32,000 nucleotides of DNA from Cereibacter sphaeroides 2.4.1. Its GTDB lineage: Bacteria; Pseudomonadota; Alphaproteobacteria; Rhodobacterales; Rhodobacteraceae. Each line of letters starts with the position of its first letter. The stretch's first letter is position 1. The position numbers were made by a program, and so were the translations under genes. The stretch is taken from NCBI RefSeq assembly GCF_000012905.2, contig NC_007493.2:30001-62000 (forward strand), given 5' to 3'. The notes beneath the pieces were generated by a model. That model saw only the letters and a list, made by a program, of their open reading frames with translations. It did not search any database and was not told the DNA's origin. This document shows positions 9,034 through 16,552 of the stretch, piece by piece.

Positions 9034-10300
9034 GACCCAGAGCCTTTCCCGCATCGACGCGGATCTTCTGAACGCGCTTATGGAGAAAGTGTCCGAGTTC
9101 GGCTCGACCGGCGACGGCGGCATCGACCGCCCGGCGCTGACCGACGCCCACCGGGACGCGCGCGACTGGTTCCGGTCCGAGCTCGAGGCGCGCGGCTATA
9201 CCGTGCTCGTCGACGCGATCGGCAATCTCTTCGGGCGGATCGATCTGGCAGGCCCTGAGGCGCCGCTCGTGATGATCGGCTCGCATCTCGACAGCCAGCC
9301 CAGGGGCGGGCGCTTCGACGGCGCCTATGGGGTGATTGCCGCGCTCGCCGCCATCGAGACCTTCCGCCGCGATGGGGGCACGCCGCGCTGCAACTATGTC
9401 ATCGCCGACTGGATGAACGAGGAGGGGGCACGGTTCCAGCCGAGCCTCCTCGGCTCGTCGGTCTTCGCGGGCCTCATCGAGCTCGACTGGGCGCTCGGGC
9501 GGCGCGACCGGGAGGGGCGGAGCGTGGGCGAGGAGCTGGTCCGCACCGGCTACAAGGGCACCGACGCGGCGCCGCGCCCGGATCTCTATCTCGAACTCCA
9601 TATCGAGGGCGACGCCAAGATGGAGACGGCGGGCGCCCGGATCGCCCCGTTCCTGCGGCACTGGGGCGCGCTGAAGGTCCGGATCGAGGTCACGGGCGAG
9701 CAGAACCATACCGGCCCCACGCCGATGGAAGACCGCAAGGATGCGGTTCTGGGCGCGGCCTATATCATCGCCGAGGTGCGGCGGCTGGCGGATGTGGCCG
9801 AAGACACGCTCTTCACCTCAGTGGCGCGGGTCGACATCTCGCCCAATTCGCCGAACATCGTGCCGGGCAAGGCGGTCCTGTTCTGCGAGCTGCGCGCGCC
9901 CGAACCGGCGATGCTCGACTGGTCGGAGGCAAGCCTCCGCGCCGCTCTGCCCGCGCTCGCTGCGAAGGCCGCCACCCGCGCCGAGATCGTCTCGATCGAC
10001 CGCCGACCGGCCGGGAAGTTCGACCCGCGCCTCGCCCGGCTGACCGAACGCGTGGCAGACGACTTCGGCCTGCCCCGGATGCAGCTCGACACGATCGGCG
10101 GCCATGACGCCGTGGCGCTGAACGCGATCCTGCCGAGCATCGTCTTCGCCGTGCCGTCGGTCGGTGGCGTGATCCACCGCAACGACGAATATACCAGCCC
10201 CGAGGATCTGGCGGCGGGCGGCGACGTGCTGACCGACATGGTCCGCCGCATCGACCGCGCGGGCGCCGATCTCGACCTCGCGCTCGGGGCGAATGCATGA
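9026..10300 (+). CDS. M20-family Zn-dependent amidohydrolase (AmaB / allantoate amidohydrolase / N-carbamoyl-amino-acid hydrolase type)
   Basis: Overlaps the ATPase gene by 8 nt. Motifs GSHLDSQPRGGRFDGAYGV, NEEGARF and HTGPTPMEDRKDA are typical of this family. Confidence 0.8.
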   Translation: MSETQSLSRIDADLLNALMEKVSEFGSTGDGGIDRPALTDAHRDARDWFRSELEARGYTVLVDAIGNLFGRIDLAGPEAPLVMIGSHLDSQPRGGRFDGAYGVIAALAAIETFRRDGGTPRCNYVIADWMNEEGARFQPSLLGSSVFAGLIELDWALGRRDREGRSVGEELVRTGYKGTDAAPRPDLYLELHIEGDAKMETAGARIAPFLRHWGALKVRIEVTGEQNHTGPTPMEDRKDAVLGAAYIIAEVRRLADVAEDTLFTSVARVDISPNSPNIVPGKAVLFCELRAPEPAMLDWSEASLRAALPALAAKAATRAEIVSIDRRPAGKFDPRLARLTERVADDFGLPRMQLDTIGGHDAVALNAILPSIVFAVPSVGGVIHRNDEYTSPEDLAAGGDVLTDMVRRIDRAGADLDLALGANA

Positions 10301-11241
10301 CGGGGGCGCTGGTCAGCAGCGAGATGATGGCCCGCGCCGCTGCGGCCGCAGGGCTGTCGGACGAGGCCGACCGCCCGGGGCCCGCGCCTCTGGCCTCGCC
10401 CAGCTATCTGGCCCTCGAAAGCGCCTCGATCCTGACCGACGGGGGCGTCTTTCTCAAGGTCATGCATCCCGAGATGCGGCAGGACTTCGACCTCGGGGCC
10501 GCCATGGCGCTGGCCCGGCAGGCGGGTGAGGCGGGGATCGGCCCGCGCGTTCTCTGGGCGGATCCCGCGCAGGGGGCCATCGCCATGGAGGCGCTGACCG
10601 AGGCCGGGGGCTGGCGGCGCGCGATGCAGGTCGATCTGCAGGAGGCGCCGGTGCTGGGCGCGGCCATGTCCGCGCTGAAGGCCCTCCATGCCACGCCCGC
10701 GCTTTCCTCGCGCTTCGATCCCTTCGCGCAGATCGACGGGCTGATCGCGGACTATTCCCGCCTTGGCGCGCCGCTGCCCGAGGATACGGGCTGGCTGCGT
10801 CGCCTGATCGGCGCGGCTGAGCCGGTGCTACGGACGGGGGCGGACCTTGCGCCCTGCCGCAACGATGGCGCGGCCTCGAACCTGATGCTGGGGCCGGGGG
10901 GTGCGGTGAGGCTCGTCGATTACGACCGGGCGGGCATGAACGACCCGCTCTACGACGTGGGGGCGCTGCTGGCCGAGACGACCGATTTCGAGCGCGAGAT
11001 GCAGGCGGGCTTTGCTGCCTATGCGGGGGCCTTCGACGAGGTGGCCTTCGCCCGCGCCCGGCTCTGGTCCTTCGTCGACGACATGCTCCACGCGCTCTGG
11101 TCGCGGCTGAAGGCGCGGACCTCGGCCCGGGGCGGCGTCGAATGGCTGAAATACGGCGAATGGCGGCTGATGCGGCTGCGGATGGCGCTGAACCATCCGC
11201 AATACGAGCAGAAGATCCGGCTGGCGGGAGGGGCGGCATGA
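10297..11241 (+). CDS. APH/choline-kinase-like phosphotransferase (paralog 1)
   Basis: ATGA start/stop overlap at 10297-10300. A Brenner-type catalytic motif CRNDGAASNLML is followed by LVDYDRAGMNDPLYDVG, matching the protein-kinase-like fold. Confidence 0.7.
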   Translation: MTGALVSSEMMARAAAAAGLSDEADRPGPAPLASPSYLALESASILTDGGVFLKVMHPEMRQDFDLGAAMALARQAGEAGIGPRVLWADPAQGAIAMEALTEAGGWRRAMQVDLQEAPVLGAAMSALKALHATPALSSRFDPFAQIDGLIADYSRLGAPLPEDTGWLRRLIGAAEPVLRTGADLAPCRNDGAASNLMLGPGGAVRLVDYDRAGMNDPLYDVGALLAETTDFEREMQAGFAAYAGAFDEVAFARARLWSFVDDMLHALWSRLKARTSARGGVEWLKYGEWRLMRLRMALNHPQYEQKIRLAGGAA

Positions 11242-12182
11242 CCAGAAAGACGCTGGGCGAGGCCTCGCATCCGATGGAAGAGGCCATCGAGGCGGTGATC
11301 CGCAAGGCGCCGCTGTTCCGGGGCGGGACGGGCATGGTCTATGGCCCGGTCTCGGGCGGGATCAGCAACGAGAACTGGCGCGTGACCGCCTCCGACGGCA
11401 GCGGCGACTGGTTCGTGAAGATCCCCGGCAACGGCACCGAGATGTTCATCGACCGCAAGGCGGCCTTCGAGGCCTCGCAGCGGGCGGCCGCCGCCGGGCT
11501 GGGCCCGCGCGTCTACGGCGATCTGGCGGAGGAGGGGGTCGAGATCAACGATTTCATGTCCGACCGCCGCCCCGCCACCCACAGCGACTTCGCCGAGCCC
11601 GCCAAGCGGCAGGCGGCGATGGCCGCCTATCGCACGCTGCACGGTCTCGCGCCGCTGACCGCGACCAAGACGGTCTTCGACATGATCGACGAACATGCGG
11701 CACAGGCGGCCGATCTCGGCGCGCCGCGCTTTCCCGACCATGACTGGATCACGCTGAACGAAGCCATGGCGCGCGAGGCGCTGACGGCCTCGGGGCTCGA
11801 TCTCGTGCCCTGTTTCAACGACCCGATGCCGGGCAATTTCATGGTGGGGGCGGATGGGTCGATCCTGCTGATCGACTACGAATATGCCTCGATGAATGAC
11901 CGCTGCTACGATTTCGGCCTGTTCTTCGGCGAGATGTTCTTCACGCCCGAGCAGGAGCTGGAGCTGATCGAGACCTATTTCGGCGATGTCCGGCCCGAGA
12001 TCGTGTCGCGCGTCATCGTCCACAAGGCGCTGGCGGATGTGAAATGGGCGCTGTGGTCGATGGTTCAGCTGCGGGTCTCGCGGCTCGCCTTCGATTTCCA
12101 CAAGTATGGCATGTGGAAGCTGATGCGGTTTCGCCAGATCACCGGCCATGCCGACTGGCCGAAACATCTGCGTACGGTCTGA
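11238..12182 (+). CDS. APH/choline-ethanolamine-kinase-like phosphotransferase (paralog 2)
   Basis: ATGA overlap at 11238-11241; the longer track ORF from 11142 is rejected. Motifs GGISNENWRV, DWFVKIPG, CFNDPMPGNFMV and LIDYEYASMNDRCYDFG are present. Confidence 0.75.
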   Translation: MTRKTLGEASHPMEEAIEAVIRKAPLFRGGTGMVYGPVSGGISNENWRVTASDGSGDWFVKIPGNGTEMFIDRKAAFEASQRAAAAGLGPRVYGDLAEEGVEINDFMSDRRPATHSDFAEPAKRQAAMAAYRTLHGLAPLTATKTVFDMIDEHAAQAADLGAPRFPDHDWITLNEAMAREALTASGLDLVPCFNDPMPGNFMVGADGSILLIDYEYASMNDRCYDFGLFFGEMFFTPEQELELIETYFGDVRPEIVSRVIVHKALADVKWALWSMVQLRVSRLAFDFHKYGMWKLMRFRQITGHADWPKHLRTV

Positions 12183-13362
12183 CCGGGCAGGACGGTTCCG
12201 ATCCGGGTGCCACCGCCGGTCCGCAATCGGACCGCCCGTCCGCTGGTCGCGGAAACGGCACCCCGAGGCCGAGGTCGGCGCGATCCGGGATCGCTTCACA
12301 TGCGCAAGATGGCGGGGTCCGATACCGTTCAGAAGGAAAGCCCGCTCAGGGCAAACGGGCGGTGCCGCGAGGGACTTTGGTGCGTGTGGCGGCGAAGATG
12401 ACCTGTGGATGCCGATGGGAGAAGCCGGGCGCTCCGGTCCGGTAAGGTTCCTCAGGGCCATGCAGAGGAGCCGTCCTGCAGAAGGCGACGGTGGATGTTC
12501 CGGGTCCCGGTGCAGCGATCCGGCGACGCAAGGGGCATCCGGCTATGAACGAGGCCGTGCCGTCGAGCCCAGCCAGCCCCAGCCAGATCGGCCCTCAGGT
12601 TGCTGACCGGCCGCGGGCTGTTCTTCCCGTCTGCACGCGCCACGCGGGTCTGCCTCTCTCTCATCTGCATCATGCCTCGGTCTTCACCTTTCGGTCACCG
12701 GCGTGACGTAGAAGTCTGCGTCGAACGCAAGGGGAACATCTGCTATGGCGACTCTCGGGCAACGACGTCAGGATCCGATCTGCGACAGGTGTCCGAGCGG
12801 CAGGGGATGAGGCCATGCGCGCTCTGACCGAGGCGGAAATCTACGGCATTCTCCAGACCGCGATCCTGGCACAGGCCGCCGCGGAACGTCCGGATGAAGC
12901 GCGGTGGCTTCAGGCGCTTCTCACGCAGACAGCCCTGCCCTGCATGTCCCGGCTCCATCTGCCGGGACTGGCCTGGCTGACCCTGGCCGACGAGGTCTGA
13001 CGGACGAGGCGCCGTGAGATGCAGCCGCGGTCCAGCGATAGGTCCGGAGGGGTCCTCAACGGATGCAGATCCGCCCGAGGAGGGCCGATCGGAACGATCA
13101 ATGGGCCTGTTCAGCCCCGAAGGCGCATGACTCGGACGGCCGAAGGATTGGGCGGCGTGCAGGGCCTCGGTGACGGCGGGGTGACCATGGTGCGCCTTAC
13201 AGGCGCCATCGCCGACCCGGTGCCGATCTCCCCGTCGTCGGTGATCCGGCCCGGCAGTTCGGATCCCCGCGCCATCCCGGGTTCGGCGCGGGAGGCCGGA
13301 CTGCGCCGGAACCGCGCAGGCTGTCGTGGCTCTCCCGGGCGAAGCCGCCTCTTGGGCCTCCG

Positions 13363-14967
13363 TCACGCCATCTCGCCCTCCACCCACCAGCCGCCGGAGA
13401 CGACCCCGCCCATCGCCTCGAAGAGCCAGATCCGTTCGCCCTCCTCCAGCTCCACCGCCCAGTAGTCCCGCGCGCCGCTGCGCCAGTCCGGCTCCTCCAG
13501 CCACCATTCCGGCAGGATCCGTTCGGGGCCCTCCGCCCGCACGATCCGCCGGTCGCGTCGGCGCCAGCAGACGCGGTGCGGAGGCGCGCCCACAACCTCG
13601 ACCGGTTCGGGAGGGAACAGGATCAGCGGCCGCCGCCCCGGCGGCTCGGGCCAGGGGCCCGCCGCCTCCGACCAGGCCGCCGCGAGAACCAGCGCGGTTT
13701 TCGCGGGCACATGGCTCTCCGCAGGATGGAGACGCGTCACGCCCTCCGCCCCCAGCCGCGCCCCGAGCCTGCCCACGACATCCGCCAGAACCTCCGCCGG
13801 CCGCCCCGCCGGGCCACGCCCCTTGCCGGAGGCCACCGTCAGGAGTTCGGTCTCCACCGCCGAAAGCCGCAACATGTCGATGCCGAACCCGGCATCGATC
13901 TGGTCGATTTTCAGCGCGAGCAGCGGACGGATCCGCTCGGGCGCGCAGGTGGTATGGGCGAGGCCGACCTCCACGGCCGGCACCTGTCCGTCCGACCGGA
14001 AGGCCTGCAGCCGCACCCGCCGGGCGCCGCGCCCCTTCTCCTTCAGCCGGTCGCAGAGCGGTCCCAGCAGCCGGTCGAGCCCGGCCTCGACATCCTCGCG
14101 CAGGCCGATCGGATCGGGCAGGGTCAGCCGGACCGCGAAATGCAGCGGCGCCCCCGCAGGCGAGACCGGTTCCGGCTCGAGCCCGAGGGCCTGATCGATC
14201 CGTCGGGTCACCTCTTGGCCGAAGCGGCGGGCGAGGGAGGCGCGCGGCAGGTCGAGGAGATCGCCCACCCGGCGCAGGCCGAGCCGCGCCAGCGACTGGA
14301 CGGTGCCCTCCGACAGCCGCAGGGCCGCGACCGGCAGCGGCTCCAGCGCGGCCCGCAACGCGCCCGGGGCCGAGATCAGGCCGAGAGGGCCCCCGCTCGG
14401 CGGGGCGAAGGTCCGCCGCCGGGACGCGCGGGAGCGGGTGGCATGAGCCTCCTGCTCAATGGCATCGCCGTTCAGGTTGCCCTGTAGTGCCCGCCCGGCA
14501 TGGCGCGCCAGCGCCCAGGCCGCGCCCGGCGTGTCGGCCACCGCGGCCCGCACCGTGAGGCCCAGCCCCGCACAATCCGCCTCCACCACGCCCAGCACCT
14601 TCTCCTCGCCGCCGAAGAGATGGGCGCAGCCGGTCAGGTCGATCATCAGGCCGGCCGGAGGCTCTTCGGCCACCCAGGGAGAGAATTTTCCCGCCCAACG
14701 CCGCAGGGCGGCCAGGAAGGCGGCCTCGCTGGCCGGATCCTCTGACGCGGTCATGAGATGGGGGCAGATCGCGGTGGCGTCGCGAAGGCCCTGGCCAGGG
14801 CCGAGCCCCAGCGTCTCGGCCTCGGCCGAGACGGAGACCAGCACCTGCGCGCCCTGCCGGTCGCCCACCACGGCGAAGGGCGGCGGCAGGGTGTCCTTCC
14901 GCCGCCGCAAGAGCCGCTCGGCCCCCAGCCGGGGAAACCAGAGAGAGAGAATCCGTCGCCGCGCCAT
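13363..14967 (-). CDS. imuB: ImuB, Y-family-polymerase-like subunit of the SOS mutagenesis (ImuA-ImuB-DnaE2) system
   Basis: 534 aa. N-terminus MARRRILSLWFPRLGAERLLRR, a DinB-like core, and C-terminus GPERILPEWW..RDYWAVELEEGERIWLFE are typical of ImuB. An SOS box lies immediately upstream. Confidence 0.85.
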   Translation of the reverse strand: MARRRILSLWFPRLGAERLLRRRKDTLPPPFAVVGDRQGAQVLVSVSAEAETLGLGPGQGLRDATAICPHLMTASEDPASEAAFLAALRRWAGKFSPWVAEEPPAGLMIDLTGCAHLFGGEEKVLGVVEADCAGLGLTVRAAVADTPGAAWALARHAGRALQGNLNGDAIEQEAHATRSRASRRRTFAPPSGGPLGLISAPGALRAALEPLPVAALRLSEGTVQSLARLGLRRVGDLLDLPRASLARRFGQEVTRRIDQALGLEPEPVSPAGAPLHFAVRLTLPDPIGLREDVEAGLDRLLGPLCDRLKEKGRGARRVRLQAFRSDGQVPAVEVGLAHTTCAPERIRPLLALKIDQIDAGFGIDMLRLSAVETELLTVASGKGRGPAGRPAEVLADVVGRLGARLGAEGVTRLHPAESHVPAKTALVLAAAWSEAAGPWPEPPGRRPLILFPPEPVEVVGAPPHRVCWRRRDRRIVRAEGPERILPEWWLEEPDWRSGARDYWAVELEEGERIWLFEAMGGVVSGGWWVEGEMA

Positions 14968-14972
14968 GTATG

Positions 14973-14987
14973 GTTCCTGTTTCGTTC
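14973..14987 (-). promoter_or_regulatory. alphaproteobacterial LexA (SOS) box GTTC-N7-GTTC
   Basis: The plus strand reads GTTCctgtttcGTTC (GAAC-N7-GAAC on the imuB strand). The box ends 5 nt upstream of the imuB ATG and overlaps its AGGA ribosome-binding site. Confidence 0.6.
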
Positions 14988-15017
14988 AGGATAGCTCAGG
15001 CGTGGCAGCGGAGTCGA
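14988..15017 (-). promoter_or_regulatory. candidate imuB promoter (TCGACT-N18-TATCCT on the minus strand)
   Basis: The -10-like TATCCT (14988-14993) abuts the LexA box. The -35-like TCGACT lies at 15012-15017. These are hexamer matches only. Confidence 0.3.
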
Positions 15018-15191
15018 GTCACCGAAAAAGTAGAAGGGGCCTAATGAAGCCCGAGCGATCGGCGGAGAGTGCTTGTCCGCCTCTGCCTCAGAGCGGGGCC
15101 GGCTGCAAAGTTTGCAGCGAAGGCAGTCCTGTCCGCGGCAGCGCCGGCGAGCGGGGGCTCGATGTCCCCCGAGCCGGCTCCTTCCGGCCGG

Positions 15192-15464
15192 TCAGCCGCA
15201 GGCCAGCCGCACGATCCGGCCCGCCTCGTTCGTTTCGACCGTCAGCCGGGCCGGGCTGAAGTCCATCGTCACCATATCCCCCGGACGCACGACGCGCACC
15301 GGCTGGGTGAAGCGGATCGTCTCGAGAACCTCGGCCGGCTGCCCCACGAGCCCGGTCAGCCGGACGGCGCCGCAGCTGTCGGTGGGCAGGACGATCTCGG
15401 GTTCCTTCCTGCCGCAGGCGGTCAGGCTGGCGGCGGCGGCGAGGAGAAGCAGGGTGCGGCGCAT
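15192..15464 (-). CDS. lipoprotein, peptidase-inhibitor I78 family
   Basis: I use the ATG at 15464, 9 nt after GGAGA. Signal plus lipobox MRRTLLLLAAAASLTAC. The C-terminal part (LVGQ..VRVVRPGDMVTMDFSPARLTVETNEAGRIVRLACG) fits the I78 pattern. Confidence 0.75.
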   Translation of the reverse strand: MRRTLLLLAAAASLTACGRKEPEIVLPTDSCGAVRLTGLVGQPAEVLETIRFTQPVRVVRPGDMVTMDFSPARLTVETNEAGRIVRLACG

Positions 15465-15664
15465 GTCGAAAGTCTCCGGTCGAACGGCGCGCAAGCTAGT
15501 CGCCCCGGCCGCGCGAGACAAGGCGGGCCGCGGCCGCGCCGATGACGCCTCCGTGAGGGAAGCGCCGCTTCCCCCGGCGCCGTCCCCTCCGCCGCCGCGT
15601 CCCGGGAGTTTCGGCCTTTCGCGCGGGCCGCGTTTCGGGCAGGAAGGGGAAAACAGGAGCGATC

Positions 15665-16411
15665 ATGTCCGACCCCCGCGCCCCCCGCCTCTGCGTGCTG
15701 ATCGACGCGGACAACGTGCCCGCCAACTATGCGGAAGCGATCTTCGAGGAGATCGCGGCGCTGGGCGAGGCCTCGGTGCGGCGGATCTACGGCGACTGGT
15801 CGGCCATGCGGCTCAATGCCTGGGCGAAGAAGGTGGCGGCCCTCGGGCTCGTCGCCGATCAGCAGTTCTCCAACACCAAGGGCAAGAACGCCTCCGACAT
15901 CGGTCTCGTGATCTCGGCCATGGACTTCCTCCATTCCGGCCTCTTCGACGGGTTCGTGCTGGTGTCTTCCGACAGCGACTTCACCCGCCTCGCCGCCCGG
16001 ATCCGCGAGCAGGGGCTCGATGTCTACGGCATCGGCGAGAAGAAGACGCCCGAGGCCTTCCGCATGGCCTGCAAGCGGTTCATCTATGTCGAGAACCTCG
16101 GCTCGGATGAGCCGCCCGCACGCGAGCCGCGCCCGGCGGACGAGCCGCAGCAGCCGCCCGCGCAGCGCGGCCGCGAGAAGGAAGAGCCGATGAAGGCGAT
16201 CCCGCTGATCGCCGCCGCCATGCGGGCCATCGATCCCGAGGGCGAATGGTACAGTCTGGGCCAGATCGGCCAGTTCATCACCCAGGCCAACCCGGACTTC
16301 GACACCCGGACCTACGGCTCGGCCAAGCTCTCCGACCTCATCAAGAAGATCAGCCGGTTCGAGGTGAAGCCGGGTCCCGGCGGGCAGCTTCTCGCCCGCG
16401 ACATCGCCTGA
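15665..16411 (+). CDS. NYN-domain (LabA/PIN-like) putative RNase with a C-terminal OST-HTH/LOTUS domain
   Basis: CVLIDADNVP..RIYGDW..GKNASD..LVSSDSDFTRLA..GLDVYGIG matches NYN. An acidic/Pro linker follows, then EWYSLGQIGQFI..DTRTYGSAKLSDLIKK, which matches LOTUS. Confidence 0.85.
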   Translation: MSDPRAPRLCVLIDADNVPANYAEAIFEEIAALGEASVRRIYGDWSAMRLNAWAKKVAALGLVADQQFSNTKGKNASDIGLVISAMDFLHSGLFDGFVLVSSDSDFTRLAARIREQGLDVYGIGEKKTPEAFRMACKRFIYVENLGSDEPPAREPRPADEPQQPPAQRGREKEEPMKAIPLIAAAMRAIDPEGEWYSLGQIGQFITQANPDFDTRTYGSAKLSDLIKKISRFEVKPGPGGQLLARDIA

Positions 16412-16491
16412 GCCGCAAGGGCGCCGCCGCATCCAAGGAAGCGGCTCCCCGACAGGCCTGAGGGCAGGGGCCGGCCACGCCGCTGCCGTCC

Positions 16492-16526
16492 TTGACCCCT
16501 GCCGCGCATCGTCTAGGGTGCGCGGC
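16492..16526 (+). promoter_or_regulatory. candidate promoter TTGACC-N16-TAGGGT overlapped by an 8-bp inverted repeat
   Basis: TTGACC at 16492-16497 and TAGGGT at 16514-16519. GCCGCGCA (16501-16508) and TGCGCGGC (16519-16526) form a perfect inverted repeat. AAGGAG and the ATG of the DUF4170 gene follow. Confidence 0.3.
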
Positions 16527-16552
16527 ATTCCGCCACTCAAAGGAGCAACGCC

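Noticed and set aside
12217-12234. 7-bp hairpin CGGTCCG-caat-CGGACCG, 35 nt after the kinase operon stop, considered as its terminator.
   Set aside because: The stem is short and no U-tract follows. It is too weak to call as a feature.
12334-12366. AGGAAAGCCCGCTCAGGGCAAACGGGCGGTGCC, which resembles the RNase P RNA P4/J3-4 region (GAGGAAAGUCCGGGCUCCA.AGGGCA.GGUGCC).
   Set aside because: The universally conserved GUCCGGGCUC core is not matched. I found no partner ACAGAA.CCGGCUUA element downstream and could not build the pseudoknot. This is probably a chance resemblance. It is still worth including in an Infernal scan of the gap.
12361-12480. Possible cobalamin riboswitch (GGTGCC..AGGGAC..GGTG.. 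elements).
   Set aside because: There is no recognisable B12 box (AGYCMGG.GACC.GCC-like). There is also no downstream gene in either orientation that a riboswitch could control.
13326-14558. 410-aa plus-strand ORF that is extremely rich in Pro/Arg/Ala.
   Set aside because: It lies antisense to imuB, whose translation has clear family motifs. Its low-complexity composition is characteristic of an off-frame GC-rich reading.
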